Notes: generated by a model from the sequence alone, not told the origin. A DNA stretch of 32,000 bases from Candidatus Atelocyanobacterium thalassa isolate ALOHA (GCF_000025125.1 NC_013771.1:720001-752000); one strand, 5' to 3'. Shown: positions 18,993 through 29,335, numbered from the stretch's first letter. Numbers and translations are program-made.

Positions 18993-19742
18993 TTAAAAGT
19001 TTCCACTACTAGGTAAGATTGTTATTTCTTCAATATTAGCTTCTATTGGTAGTAGTGCTACTTGAAGAATAGTCTGTGCAACTAAGTCAGGAGAAAGCAT
19101 GGCAGTACGTTCAAAATCTTCTTGAACAGTAATTGTATCCCATATTGGTGTGTTAACTGCTCCAGGTATAATTGTTGTTACACGAATACCTTTGCTTCTC
19201 TCCTCTTCCGCTAATATTTTAGAGAAAGATAAAAGAGCAGCTTTGCTTACAGAATATGCTCCCCAATTAGAAAAAACATTTGTTGCTGCAATAGAAGATA
19301 TATTAACAATAGTTCCTTTCATGTGCTTTCGCATGTAAGGTAAAACTCCTTGAACACATTGAAAGACACTAGTTAAATTTAAATCAAGCACTCTTTGCCA
19401 ATCTGTTAAAGATGTTTCTCTTAAAAGATTGGTATATCCCATTCCAGCATTGTTAACAATAATGTCAATACCATTGAAATCACTAACTATTTTTTGGATT
19501 TGTATTGATACCATATCTAACTGATCTAAATCTATTACATATGGTTTCACTTTAATTCCTTCTTTTGCCGACTCTTTAGCTACATCTTCTAGAGATTTTA
19601 AGGAACGACCAACTAAGGCAATGTTAATACCTGCACGAGCAAAAGCTAAGCTAGTTGCTCGGCCAATACCGCTACCTGCTCCAGTAATAATTGCATTTGG
19701 TCTAGTTGGAATTGCATTTGGTCTAGTTGGAGAAGAATTCAT
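18993..19742 (-). CDS. Short-chain dehydrogenase/reductase (classical SDR, NAD(P)-binding)
   Basis: TGAGSGIGRA glycine motif, NNAG, and a catalytic S...YSVSK tetrad context (SSIAA...YSVSKAAL). The preferred start is ATG 19742 (MNSSP...) rather than the tracked TTG at 19814. Confidence 0.85.
   Translation of the reverse strand: MNSSPTRPNAIPTRPNAIITGAGSGIGRATSLAFARAGINIALVGRSLKSLEDVAKESAKEGIKVKPYVIDLDQLDMVSIQIQKIVSDFNGIDIIVNNAGMGYTNLLRETSLTDWQRVLDLNLTSVFQCVQGVLPYMRKHMKGTIVNISSIAATNVFSNWGAYSVSKAALLSFSKILAEEERSKGIRVTTIIPGAVNTPIWDTITVQEDFERTAMLSPDLVAQTILQVALLPIEANIEEITILPSSGNF
19690..19731 (-). repeat. Perfect 2 x 21-bp in-frame tandem duplication inside the SDR gene (encodes PTRPNAI-PTRPNAI)
   Basis: The plus-strand unit attgcatttggtctagttgga occurs at 19690-19710 and again at 19711-19731 with no mismatch. 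Confidence 0.95.
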
Positions 19743-20022
19743 AATATAATGAAAAACTTTTACTAATTTCTCAAGATGAATACATAAGTTAGCCAAGAAT
19801 TGTCTAAGCAACAAAATTCAAGATTAAGCATGTCTTATTGTTAACTAAATATTGATTAGTTTTAAAACTTCAATATCACAAGAGAGAAAAGGCTTTTACG
19901 ATTTTAAAGATAATTATTGCTCATGTGAGTCTAGGGAATTGCCCTAAGTTTCCCATCCTACTATAATAGCATTTTCTAGGAAATTCTGTTAGCAAGTTTA
20001 ACAAAACAATTTACAAAATTTA

Positions 20023-21018
20023 CTAATAGTCTAAATATTCTGATTCTGAATCAAAGAAAATACCTATTTTTCGAAATTTTTCATATCGTAATTCTTTTCG
20101 TTTTTTTGCACTTAAGCTAGATAACTCGTTAAGATTTTGAAGCAACGTTTTCTTTAAAATGATTGCAGCTTCTAATGGTTTTACATGAGCACCTCCAGAA
20201 GGTTCTGGAATAATAGAATCAATAATATTCAATCTTTTGAGATCATTTGCCGTAATTTTAAGAGCAGTTGCAGCTTGTGATGACTTTTTAGCATCTTTCC
20301 AAAGAATAGCAGCACAAGCTTCAGGAGTTGCTACGGTATATACTGAGTTTTCAAGCATTAGAATTTTATCTCCGACTCCAATACCTAGTGCACCTCCTGA
20401 TCCCCCTTCTCCGATAACAGTACAGATAATAGGTACATCAAAACTAAACATCTGGCGAAGATTAAAGGCGATTGCCTCTCCTTGACCGAGTTTTTCCGCT
20501 TCTACGCCAGCCCAAGCTCCCGGTGTATCTATAAAAGTTACAATTGGCATGGAAAAATGATTTGCATGTTCCATTAAACGAATAGCTTTACGATAACCTC
20601 CAGGAGCTGGCATACCAAAATTTCTGGCTACATTATCCTTGGTATCTCTTCCTTTCTGATGACCAAGAATAACCATAGGACGACCTCCTATACGAGCAAT
20701 TCCACCTACTAAAGCAGGATCATCATAACCTCCACGATCTCCATGCAATTCTATCCATTCATCAGCAATTGATTGAATATAGTCTAGGGTGCTTGGACGA
20801 CGAGGATGACGAGCAAGTTGTAGGCGTTGAGATGGAGTTAAACCATTAAAAATTTCTCTTCTTAAATTTTCTGCACGATTTCCAAGTTGAGTGATTTGCT
20901 TAGTAACATCTACATTGTTTTCTTTTGCCAATCTTCGAATTTGCTCAATTCGAGCTTCTAACTCCCATAATGGCTTTTCAAAATCTAGTAAAAAGACGCG
21001 GCGTTCATTTTTATTCAT
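20023..21018 (-). CDS. accA: Acetyl-CoA carboxylase carboxyltransferase subunit alpha
   Basis: 331 aa. LDFEKPL.ELE..I......LARHP.RP..LDYI......ELHGDR...D.A.VGG......RPV...GHQKG.......NFGM..P.GYRKA.R.M..A..F..P...FIDTPGA is the canonical AccA pattern. Confidence 0.95.
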   Translation of the reverse strand: MNKNERRVFLLDFEKPLWELEARIEQIRRLAKENNVDVTKQITQLGNRAENLRREIFNGLTPSQRLQLARHPRRPSTLDYIQSIADEWIELHGDRGGYDDPALVGGIARIGGRPMVILGHQKGRDTKDNVARNFGMPAPGGYRKAIRLMEHANHFSMPIVTFIDTPGAWAGVEAEKLGQGEAIAFNLRQMFSFDVPIICTVIGEGGSGGALGIGVGDKILMLENSVYTVATPEACAAILWKDAKKSSQAATALKITANDLKRLNIIDSIIPEPSGGAHVKPLEAAIILKKTLLQNLNELSSLSAKKRKELRYEKFRKIGIFFDSESEYLDY

Positions 21019-21138
21019 CAGTCATCATGATAAATTAATAGTCTGTAATAGATTGAAATAATAAAAGTAAGAAATAACTATAACTTTTTAAAAATCAATT
21101 GGTTTAATAAAATTGTTACTTTTTAGTAATTAGGGATT

Positions 21139-21651
21139 TTAATTTAGTTGAAAACTATTTAGCATTTCTAATGTTTCCTGGTAACAAACTTTGTTTTTTT
21201 GCTGATAGCATAAAATCTTTGCAGTTTTTAGGTCAGTAATAGCCTCTCCTAACTTTCCTAGTTTATAGTATACTTTTGCTCTTGCTATATATATATCTAC
21301 CATATTGTTATTAAGACTGATAGCTTCATTAAAATCAGCAATAGCATCTATATTGTAGTCAATTTTTCCATAAGCAATTCCACGATTATAATAAGCCTCT
21401 ATTTCATAAGGGCTCAAACGAATAACCTTTGTAAAATTAATAATAGATTTTTGATAATCTCCTTGAATACCTTTTTCCATACCTTGTATCAGAAGTTTAT
21501 TTAAAAAAGAATTTGAAAGATAATTTTGAGAAATTAAAGTAGGATTTGGTGTTGCCATTATAGCTATAGGATAAATAAAGCTAGATATGTACAAAGAATA
21601 TATTAGATAAGAGCGTAAAAATAAATTTTTTCTTCTAAATAAATGTAACAT
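21139..21651 (-). CDS. TPR-repeat protein with an N-terminal signal/anchor
   Basis: 170 aa. Hydrophobic N-terminus, then about three 34-residue TPR units (AYYNRGIAYGKIDYNIDAIADFNEAISLNNN.., IYIARAKVYYKLGKLGEAITDLKTA). Confidence 0.65.
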   Translation of the reverse strand: MLHLFRRKNLFLRSYLIYSLYISSFIYPIAIMATPNPTLISQNYLSNSFLNKLLIQGMEKGIQGDYQKSIINFTKVIRLSPYEIEAYYNRGIAYGKIDYNIDAIADFNEAISLNNNMVDIYIARAKVYYKLGKLGEAITDLKTAKILCYQQKNKVCYQETLEMLNSFQLN

Positions 21652-21983
21652 TACGTTAGTAATTAGTAATTTATCTACTGGTATAGCAAAATTTTTAATT
21701 AATCAGCAAACTTTTTATTTTTTGTTTATTTTGACTGTAAAGAAAAAGTTTTATGATAAAAAAGAATAAATCATAGATATTCTTACTTATATGATTTTCT
21801 TATATGAGTAGGATATAAAGAGCTTAGTCTTATGTCTATTATTTACTTAAATTAATGTTTCATTGTTTTATTTAATAGGAGATATAACGATCGTTGTTAA
21901 TTTTTAAATTTTCATGGTTATTTGAAATGATTAGTTCTAATAATATTTTTTTTCCAATAAAGCAAAATTTTTTAATCTTTTTT

Positions 21984-23459
21984 ATGATGCAAATTTCATT
22001 GTTTAGGCAGTTTCGTTGGATATCACTAATTTTAATTACTGTTTTATTAATTGTTTTCATTCTTCGATTACCTGCGACAGCTGAAATTCCAAAAAATTAT
22101 AAAGAATTAGAATTTCCTTCTTTATCTAGTATTTCCTTACCAGATTATGAACGTTATGAATTAAAGAATGGGATGGTAGTATATCTCATAGAAGACCATC
22201 AATTACCTTTGATTAAAGGTAATGCATTAATTAAAGTAGGATCACGTATTGAGCCACGAGAAAAAATTGGCTTGGCAGAAATTACTGGATCTATGATGCG
22301 TTTGGGAGGAACAACACAACATCCTGCTAGTGAATTAAATGAACTATTAGAACAGAGAGCTGCAAAAGTCGAAGTTAGTATTAATACACATTCAGGAAAT
22401 GCAGCCTTCAATTCTTTAAGTAAGGATATTGAAATTGTATTTGATCTCTTTTCTCAAGTTTTAAAAGAACCAGCCTTCGATTCCCAACAGTTAGTCTTAA
22501 CCAAAACTCAATTACAAGGACAAATAGCTCGTCGTAATGACAATCCAGGAGATATTGCTAATAGAGAATTGTATAAGCTTGTTTATGGTCAAGATAGCCC
22601 TTATGCTCGAACTATAGAGCATACTATGTTAAATAATATTGATCTTGATGATGTTATTTCTTTTCATAAACAATATATTCGTCCAGAAAATCTCATTTTG
22701 GGGATAGTAGGAGATTTTGATTCTAAAGTGATGAAACAATTGATTAAAAATGGTTTTGAAGATTGGGAATCTTCAACTATAAAACCAGAAATAACTATTC
22801 CTCAAGCGAATCAAATTAAAAAGAATGAACTATTTTTTATTGACCAGCCTCACTTAAACCAGAGCAACGTTTTACTAGGACATTTAGGAGGCAAGCTAGA
22901 TAGTCCAGACTATCCAGCTTTAAGTGTCATTAACGGTTTACTTAATGGCTTTGGAGGACGTCTATTTAATAACCTGAGATCTGACCAAGGATTAGCTTAT
23001 ACTGTATATGGGTATTGGAATGCAGCTTATGACTATCCTGGAGTTTTTCTAGCTGGAGGTCAAACTTCTTCTGAAACAACAACACAGTTTATAGAATCTC
23101 TGATAGCAGAAATAGAATTGCTTAGAAATCAGCCTATAAATAATGATGAATTAGCATATGCAAAAGAGTCTATTCTCAATTCTTTTGTCTTTAAATTTGA
23201 GAATCCTAGTCAAACTCTATCTCGTTTATTAACTTACGAGTATTATGGATATCCAGAAAACTTTATTTTTAAATATCAGGAAGGAATCAAAAAAACTACG
23301 GTTGAAGATATTCAAAGAGTTGCTCAGCAATACTTAAAAACAGAAGATATAGTTACTTTAGTAGTAGGTAGTAAGGAAAATATCTATTCCTCCCTTTCTA
23401 AACTGAAGAAGAATATACACAATATCAATATTAATACTTCTCCTCAAATGGATAACTGA
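21984..23459 (+). CDS. Peptidase M16 (pitrilysin) family homologue lacking the HxxEH zinc motif; secreted or membrane-anchored
   Basis: M16 fold blocks (L.NGM.VYL.EDH..P...G...VGSR.EP....G.A...) are present. EITGS sits where HxxEH is expected. The preferred start is ATG 21984/21987, which gives the signal-like MMQISLFRQFRWISLILITVLLIVFILRLPATA. Confidence 0.75.
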   Translation: MMQISLFRQFRWISLILITVLLIVFILRLPATAEIPKNYKELEFPSLSSISLPDYERYELKNGMVVYLIEDHQLPLIKGNALIKVGSRIEPREKIGLAEITGSMMRLGGTTQHPASELNELLEQRAAKVEVSINTHSGNAAFNSLSKDIEIVFDLFSQVLKEPAFDSQQLVLTKTQLQGQIARRNDNPGDIANRELYKLVYGQDSPYARTIEHTMLNNIDLDDVISFHKQYIRPENLILGIVGDFDSKVMKQLIKNGFEDWESSTIKPEITIPQANQIKKNELFFIDQPHLNQSNVLLGHLGGKLDSPDYPALSVINGLLNGFGGRLFNNLRSDQGLAYTVYGYWNAAYDYPGVFLAGGQTSSETTTQFIESLIAEIELLRNQPINNDELAYAKESILNSFVFKFENPSQTLSRLLTYEYYGYPENFIFKYQEGIKKTTVEDIQRVAQQYLKTEDIVTLVVGSKENIYSSLSKLKKNIHNININTSPQMDN

Positions 23460-23468
23460 TAACAAGAT

Positions 23469-23510
23469 AAAACCGTATTGCCATTATATTAATAATGGCA
23501 ATACGGTTTT
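23469..23510 (+). terminator. Strong intrinsic terminator, structurally bidirectional, just after the M16 homologue
   Basis: Perfect 19-bp stem aaaaccgtattgccattat (23469-23487), atta loop, ataatggcaatacggtttt (23492-23510). An A-run precedes it and a T-run follows it. Confidence 0.8.
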
Positions 23511-23643
23511 ATTTAGTAACTATATATTTAAAATCTATAGTTACTAAATAGATACACGATGTTTGGTCTTGAATAGTTTCTTTGCTTTAATAAAAAGCGT
23601 GTTTTTAATAGGTATATGATTAGTCTTTCAATCAAAAATTTAA

Positions 23644-23675
23644 AAAGCAAAAAAGGAGGAAACCTTTTTTGCTTT
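23644..23675 (-). terminator. Intrinsic terminator of ndhF
   Basis: Perfect 13-bp stem aaagcaaaaaagg / ccttttttgcttt with a 6-nt loop, about 25 nt after the ndhF stop on the minus strand, followed there by tttaaattttt. Confidence 0.65.
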
Positions 23676-23699
23676 CAAAATATTGAAATCAAATTATTT

Positions 23700-25727
23700 T
23701 CAAGTAGTACTAGAGACAATTACAAATCCTAATACTGCTCCAAAAAGAACTAGTGCATAGAATTGAACTCGTCCACTCTCAAAATACTTTAAACCTTCTC
23801 CACTTACTAAAGTTGTTAATCCTGTCAAATTTACAACTCCATCAATAACTCGATAATCGACCTCCATGATTTGACGAGCTAACCGACGACATCCTATTAC
23901 AAAAACTTGATTATATACATCATCAAAATACCATTTATTTAGAGAAAATTTATATAAGGTAGGATATCTTTCTGCAATAGTATTTGGATCGATTTTATGT
24001 TGTAAATACATTAAGAATGCTATTACAATACCAATAGTCGCTATTCCGACTGAAGCTCCAGCCATAATATCAAATTCAACCCAATCAAAATGAGATACCT
24101 TCTCGACGATCTCTCCAGGGGCATGAATAAAATCTTCAAAGTTATTATTCCAAGGTCTTCCTAGTAAACCAATAATTGTTGACGGAATAGCTAAAATTAA
24201 CAACGGTAGAGTCATTGTTAGAGGAGATTCATGAGGTAAACTATTACCATGATGATTTGTAGAATGATCTTCTGACTTACTATCATCGGTTCCTTTCGGT
24301 CCTGAGTTAGCCACAGATAATAGTTTTGTACGAATTGCCATATCATTTCCTTTGAAATTACCTTCAAAAGTCATGAAATACATTCTAAACATATAGAAAG
24401 CTGTTATTCCTGCTGTTATCCACCCGACTAACCATAGAAGAGGGTTTGATTGGTAAGCTAATCCTAATATTTCATCCTTAGACCAAAAACCAGCAAATGG
24501 CGGAATACCGCAAATAGCAAGAGTACCTACTAAGAACGCTAAAGATGTTAGAGGCATATACTTTCTAAGACCTCCCATTAGACGCATATCTTGAGCTAAT
24601 ACAGCATTATGGCCAACCACATTTTCCATACCATGGATAACAGATCCAGAGCATAAAAATAACATAGCTTTGAAGTAAGCATGAGTCATTAGATGAAATA
24701 ATCCAGCACTATAAGCACCAATACCCATTGCCATAACCATATATCCTAATTGAGACATGGTTGAATAAGCCAATCCCTTTTTAATATCATTTTGAGTAAT
24801 TGCAATTGTCGCTCCTATAAAAGAGGTTATGGCTCCTGTCCAAGCAATTATCGTCATCAATGTAGGAATGTGCTCAAAAACTGGATACATCCTGGCTACT
24901 AAAAATACTCCTGCTGCTACCATAGTTGCTGCATGGATAAGAGCAGATATTGGGGTAGGTCCCTCCATAGCATCAGGCAACCAAACATGAAGTGGAAATT
25001 GAGCTGATTTTGCTACTGGTCCTAAAAATATAAGTATTCCAAATATTGTAACTAGGATTGGGGAAATCATGTTTGAAGATATTAGTTCTTCTAAACGTTG
25101 TCCCATTAAATCAAATTCAAAAGTTCTTGTTGCCCAATATAGGCCTAGCATACCTAGAAGTAATCCAAAATCTCCGACACGGTTGGTTACAAAAGCTTTC
25201 TGGCAAGCGTTGGCAGCTCCTGGACGGCTAAACCAAAAACCAATTAGTAAATAAGATGACATACCTACTAATTCCCAGAAAACATAAACTTGTACTAAGT
25301 TAGGACTAATAACTAATCCCAACATAGATGCGCTAAAAATACTCAAATAAGCATAAAAGCGTACATAACCTGAGTCATGAGCCATGTAACCATCTGTATA
25401 AATCATAACCAAGAAGGCCACAGTAGTTACGATGACACACATTAAAGAGCTGAGATGGTCAAGCGTATAACCCATTTCTAAGTGAAAATTTCCGGATGCA
25501 GCCCATTCAAACATCTGGACATATTCTTCGTGACCTTGAATTTGACTCCATAAAAGAGCAAATGATAAGACCATAGATGTGCCTATCAGAGAAATAATGA
25601 TCGCTGCATTGATCTGCCTAAGGCTATTGGTAACTTGATTGAAGGTAATTAAACCCAAGCCAACTATCATTGCCCCTAGAAGAGGTAAAGTAGGAATCAG
25701 CCAGGCGTATTGATAAAGGGGTTCCAT
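23700..25727 (-). CDS. ndhF: NAD(P)H-quinone oxidoreductase subunit 5 (NDH-1 subunit NdhF, NdhF1 type)
   Basis: 675 aa. N-terminus YQYAWLIP.LPLLGA..VG.GLI, with WELVGM.SYLLIGFW, NRVGDFG.LLG, PLHVWLPDAMEGPTP.SALIHAATMV.AG and many TM helices. Confidence 0.95.
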   Translation of the reverse strand: MEPLYQYAWLIPTLPLLGAMIVGLGLITFNQVTNSLRQINAAIIISLIGTSMVLSFALLWSQIQGHEEYVQMFEWAASGNFHLEMGYTLDHLSSLMCVIVTTVAFLVMIYTDGYMAHDSGYVRFYAYLSIFSASMLGLVISPNLVQVYVFWELVGMSSYLLIGFWFSRPGAANACQKAFVTNRVGDFGLLLGMLGLYWATRTFEFDLMGQRLEELISSNMISPILVTIFGILIFLGPVAKSAQFPLHVWLPDAMEGPTPISALIHAATMVAAGVFLVARMYPVFEHIPTLMTIIAWTGAITSFIGATIAITQNDIKKGLAYSTMSQLGYMVMAMGIGAYSAGLFHLMTHAYFKAMLFLCSGSVIHGMENVVGHNAVLAQDMRLMGGLRKYMPLTSLAFLVGTLAICGIPPFAGFWSKDEILGLAYQSNPLLWLVGWITAGITAFYMFRMYFMTFEGNFKGNDMAIRTKLLSVANSGPKGTDDSKSEDHSTNHHGNSLPHESPLTMTLPLLILAIPSTIIGLLGRPWNNNFEDFIHAPGEIVEKVSHFDWVEFDIMAGASVGIATIGIVIAFLMYLQHKIDPNTIAERYPTLYKFSLNKWYFDDVYNQVFVIGCRRLARQIMEVDYRVIDGVVNLTGLTTLVSGEGLKYFESGRVQFYALVLFGAVLGFVIVSSTT

Positions 25728-26371
25728 GCCGTAATGCCTAAGTTATTTGTTTTCGTATTTAGTTAATAACGTTAGCTTTTTAGTTAAAGACTTCTTCTAG
25801 AAATTTATAACCCCTTTGTACTGAATAAATAGTATCAAATTCAAGACGATATCGAAAGAGATAACTTTTATTTCTCTTTCTATGAGTCTTTTTGATTTAA
25901 ATTTCTATTAATTGGCCGATAACCTATAAGATAACAAACTTAATTAAGGTACCTCTTTACATACTGTTCAATTTAAAATGAGGCATTGAACCATATAAAT
26001 GTATGAGGAAACTATAATTTTATGATCTTAGCAAAAATGTGTAGAACTCATCAAATCTTAAATGATCTGGTAAATGCAAAAACAAAGAGTTTTTCATTTA
26101 TTCTATAAATATTATACCTTTAAGTTGATATGAATAAGCTAATATAAAATTATTTTATAATTGATATTATCGTCTTCTTTTATTCAGGCATGGTTTGCGA
26201 AAGTATAGTAGTAGAACAATAATCTAAAAAAGAATAAACAAGCTTTTTTAGAATTTTAGATAAAATAATCCTGGCAATGGTTAAGCATCTGTTAATATAT
26301 TCACTGTATTCCTAAAATTCACAAACAATAATTTAGTTTTTTATTCATACTTTTAAGCACAGCATAATAAT

Positions 26372-27817
26372 ATGGCATCTATTCGTGAACTTCATCAACA
26401 ATTGATTAATAAAGATAAAACTGCAGTTGAAATTACTACAGAAGCACTAGAAAGAATTGAAGCGGTTGATTCGAAGGTTAAAAGTTTTTTGCAAGTAACA
26501 GCTGATCACGCCTTGTCAAAAGCTAGACAAATTGATCATAAAATTGCTAATAAAGAAGAAATAGGTTTTCTGTCAGGTATTCCTATTGGAATCAAAGATA
26601 ATATGGTTACTTCTGGAATTACTACAACTTGTGGTTCTAAGATTTTAAAAAACTTTGTTCCTTCTTATGAGTCTACTGTTACCCAAAAACTTCAAGATGC
26701 TGGAGCTGTTATGGTAGGCAAGACTAATTTAGATGAGTTTGCCATGGGAAGTTCTACTGAAAACTCAGGTTACCAAACTACTGCTAATCCTTGGGATTTA
26801 TCTAGAGTTCCCGGCGGATCATCTGGTGGTTCCGCAGCAGCTGTAGCGGCTAAAGAATGCTCGGTCTCTATAGGTTCAGATACTGGAGGTTCTATTCGCC
26901 AACCTGCTGCTTTATGTGGTGTGGTTGGACTCAAACCAACTTACGGCCTAGTCTCTAGATTTGGATTGGTAGCTTATGCGTCGTCTTTAGATCAAGTTGG
27001 ACCATTTGCTCGTAGTGTAGAGGATGCTGCAATAGTATTAGGAGCGATTGCTGGTCATGATCCTAAAGACTCTACTAGTATTAAGTTTAAAGTTCCAGAT
27101 TATACTAAATTTCTTAAACTATCACTAAAAGGATTAACAATTGGAGTTATTGAAGAAACTTTTATGGACGGAGTAGAACAAGAAGTTAGTAATACTGTTC
27201 AAAATGCAATTGACCACTTAAAAACATTAGGTGCAAAAGTTGTAAATGTTTCTTGTCCTAGTTTCCGCTATGGTCTTCCTGCCTACTACGTAATAGCTCC
27301 AGCCGAGGCCTCGTCGAATTTAGCACGTTATGATGCTGTTAAATATGGTTTAAGAGAACAATCTGATACTTTGCTGGATATGTATACTAATACTAGAACT
27401 GAAGGGCTTGGTGCAGAAGTAAAAAGACGTATTATGCTAGGCACTTACACTTTATCTACAGGTTATTACGATGCATATTATCTTAAAGCACAAAAAGTAA
27501 GAACTCTAATAAAAGAGGATTTTAATACTAGTTTTGAAAAAGTAGATATTTTAGTATCCCCAACATCTCCGACAACAGCTTTTAAGGCTGGTGAGAAGAT
27601 ATCTAAGCCTTTAAATATGTACTTATCTGATTTAATGACTATTCCTGTAAATCTCGCTGGATTGCCTGGAATGAGCATTCCTTGCGGTTTTGATAAAAAA
27701 GGTTTACCTGTTGGATTGCAATTGATTGGTAATATTCTTGAAGAAGGAAAACTCTTTCAAGTAGGTTATGCTTATGAACAATCTACACCATGGAATAATC
27801 TATCACCTCAATTATAA
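26372..27817 (+). CDS. gatA: Glutamyl-tRNA(Gln) amidotransferase subunit A
   Basis: Amidase signature [12 protein letters not shown]...[12 protein letters not shown], with the N-terminal SIRELHQQL and the IGIKDN block typical of GatA. Confidence 0.95.
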   Translation: MASIRELHQQLINKDKTAVEITTEALERIEAVDSKVKSFLQVTADHALSKARQIDHKIANKEEIGFLSGIPIGIKDNMVTSGITTTCGSKILKNFVPSYESTVTQKLQDAGAVMVGKTNLDEFAMGSSTENSGYQTTANPWDLSRVPGGSSGGSAAAVAAKECSVSIGSDTGGSIRQPAALCGVVGLKPTYGLVSRFGLVAYASSLDQVGPFARSVEDAAIVLGAIAGHDPKDSTSIKFKVPDYTKFLKLSLKGLTIGVIEETFMDGVEQEVSNTVQNAIDHLKTLGAKVVNVSCPSFRYGLPAYYVIAPAEASSNLARYDAVKYGLREQSDTLLDMYTNTRTEGLGAEVKRRIMLGTYTLSTGYYDAYYLKAQKVRTLIKEDFNTSFEKVDILVSPTSPTTAFKAGEKISKPLNMYLSDLMTIPVNLAGLPGMSIPCGFDKKGLPVGLQLIGNILEEGKLFQVGYAYEQSTPWNNLSPQL

Positions 27818-27853
27818 AAGTTTTAGATAGTATCTCTCTTAAATTAGATGAAT

Positions 27854-28960
27854 TTATCGATAAACAGGTAACGTAAAATGAAAACAGCTTCCTTGCTTAA
27901 GCATACTATCTACCCAGATCTGACCATAATGAACACGAATTATTTTACGACATAAAGATAGCCCTAATCCATACCCCTCTTTTTTCAGATCTCTCTGTAG
28001 TCGAAAATGTCCTTCAAAAATTCTTTCTTTTTTTTCTTTAGGAATACCTGGTCCAGTATCAGAAATACTTACTTGTATTTTTTGGCTAGTGCGATGAAGA
28101 ATTGACAAAGTGATTGTCCCATTTTTTGGTGTATATTTAACTGCATTATCTAATAAATTAATAATAACTTGGCGAATTAATTCTTCATCTGCGTAAACAG
28201 CGGGTATGTCTTCAGGAATATCTTCTATAAAATTTATAGATTTTTCTTTAAGCGAGTTTATATATTGTTTAAAAATTTCTTTAAACAAACGAGATAAGAA
28301 AACTTCTGTACGTTCTACTTTTAATTCACCATTCATGCTTTTTGATGCCTGCAAAATATCAGTTATTAAGCGATTCATTATTTGTAACTGATTGTATGTC
28401 TGGAAGAATAATTGTTTTTTAAGCTTTGTACAGCTTTCATTAACTTCTTTGTCTTGAACAATCGCCAAAGTATCTATAGCTATTGAGGTGGCTGTAAGAG
28501 GACTACGTAAATCATGAGCTAACATGGCTAAGACCTGATCCTTGAAGTTTAGCTGATCTAGTAAATTCTTTTTTTCTTTTTTTAAACGAAAAACTTCATC
28601 GGATAGACGTATAAGTTCTGCTGAATATTTAATTAAACCAATTGTAGTAGTATCTTCCTTTGTTTCACAATCACTGTACTTTTCTTCTAGTAATATTTTC
28701 CATTGAGGCCACCATCTTTCTAATTGATTAATTAAATTACTTCCAGCTAGAGTTTGTTTTGGCCCTGGTGAAACCTTTATAAGCGTGGGAGTAGCAACTA
28801 AACGAAAATGTTCTACGAGATGAGGTTGTTCATGAATTTCAATTACTTCTAACTGACATGGACAACTCTTTTTTATAAATTCGATATAGTCTTGTATTAA
28901 TTTTACGCACTTATTAGAGCGAGGACGTTCATCTATAAACAATAACAATTCGATAGACAT
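27854..28960 (-). CDS. sasA: Adaptive-response sensor histidine kinase SasA (KaiB-like N-terminal domain plus HisKA/HATPase)
   Basis: The N-terminal thioredoxin/KaiB-like fold is LLLFIDERP.S......I.........C...LEVI.I.EQPHL.E.F..VATPTL.K. It also has the H-box MLAHDLRSPLT, N-box NLLDNAVKYT, and G-boxes DTGPGI and GYGLGLS. Confidence 0.85.
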   Translation of the reverse strand: MSIELLLFIDERPRSNKCVKLIQDYIEFIKKSCPCQLEVIEIHEQPHLVEHFRLVATPTLIKVSPGPKQTLAGSNLINQLERWWPQWKILLEEKYSDCETKEDTTTIGLIKYSAELIRLSDEVFRLKKEKKNLLDQLNFKDQVLAMLAHDLRSPLTATSIAIDTLAIVQDKEVNESCTKLKKQLFFQTYNQLQIMNRLITDILQASKSMNGELKVERTEVFLSRLFKEIFKQYINSLKEKSINFIEDIPEDIPAVYADEELIRQVIINLLDNAVKYTPKNGTITLSILHRTSQKIQVSISDTGPGIPKEKKERIFEGHFRLQRDLKKEGYGLGLSLCRKIIRVHYGQIWVDSMLKQGSCFHFTLPVYR

Positions 28961-29303
28961 AGGGATGAAGTATCATTTTCAATATTTGTTTTATTTTTTA
29001 ATGTCTCCACTGTTGAAATTCAAGATCACACATGTGTTAATTGAGAACAAAAGTAAGCAATAACTAGTAAAAAAATTTATTAGATAATTTATATTTCATG
29101 CTTCAAAATAATTGATTATTTTTTGTATTAGATATCGATAGCAGAAATTTCATTAATGAATTACTCGTATTATAGTAAATTTATCAATGACTATTTTTCA
29201 TACTCATTAATATTTGTATGACTTTATGGAAATAAAATTTTTTCATAGGAGTTGGGTCTAGTCTTAATATATAAAATGATATGAATTATTTGACTAATAA
29301 AAA

Positions 29304-29335
29304 ATAGTGCAGAAAACTATTTATTTCTGCACTAT
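29304..29335 (-). terminator. Intrinsic terminator on the minus strand, about 200 nt downstream of ycf65 and upstream of sasA
   Basis: Perfect 12-bp stem atagtgcagaaa / tttctgcactat with an 8-nt loop. Five A on the plus strand just before it (29299-29303) give a U-tract after the hairpin on the minus strand. Confidence 0.6.

Noticed and set aside
19743-19814. TTG-initiated N-terminal extension of the SDR (MLLRQFLANLCIHLEKLVKVFHYI)
   Set aside because: The extension has no SDR counterpart. An ATG at 19742 gives a normal 249-aa SDR starting shortly before the TGxxxGxG loop.
21894-21983. N-terminal extension of the M16 homologue starting at 21894
   Set aside because: The extension is F/I/N-rich spacer-like sequence. 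The ATG pair at 21984/21987 gives a conventional signal-peptide-like N-terminus.
26022-26108. 28-codon ORF (MILAKMCRTHQILNDLVNAKTKSFSFIL) in the ndhF-gatA spacer, with GAGGAA 13 nt upstream
   Set aside because: It has no recognisable peptide family, the SD spacing is poor, and an ORF of this length is expected by chance.
7533-28391. Antisense shadow ORFs listed in the track (7533-7766, 8385-8645, 9280-9492, 12473-12685, 13288-13605, 17375-17557, 19150-19338, 20237-20485, 21872-22060, 22199-22411, 25069-25254, 27478-27678, 28206-28391)
   Set aside because: Each lies entirely, or almost entirely, inside and antisense to a gene with strong family motifs. They are 60-105 aa with no motif, which is typical of frame-complement artefacts.
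29028-29037. 10-bp perfect palindrome ACACATGTGT about 70 nt upstream of the sasA start, considered as an operator
   Set aside because: It is a single short palindrome with no second half-site or repeat. Several palindromes of this length are expected by chance in 32 kb.
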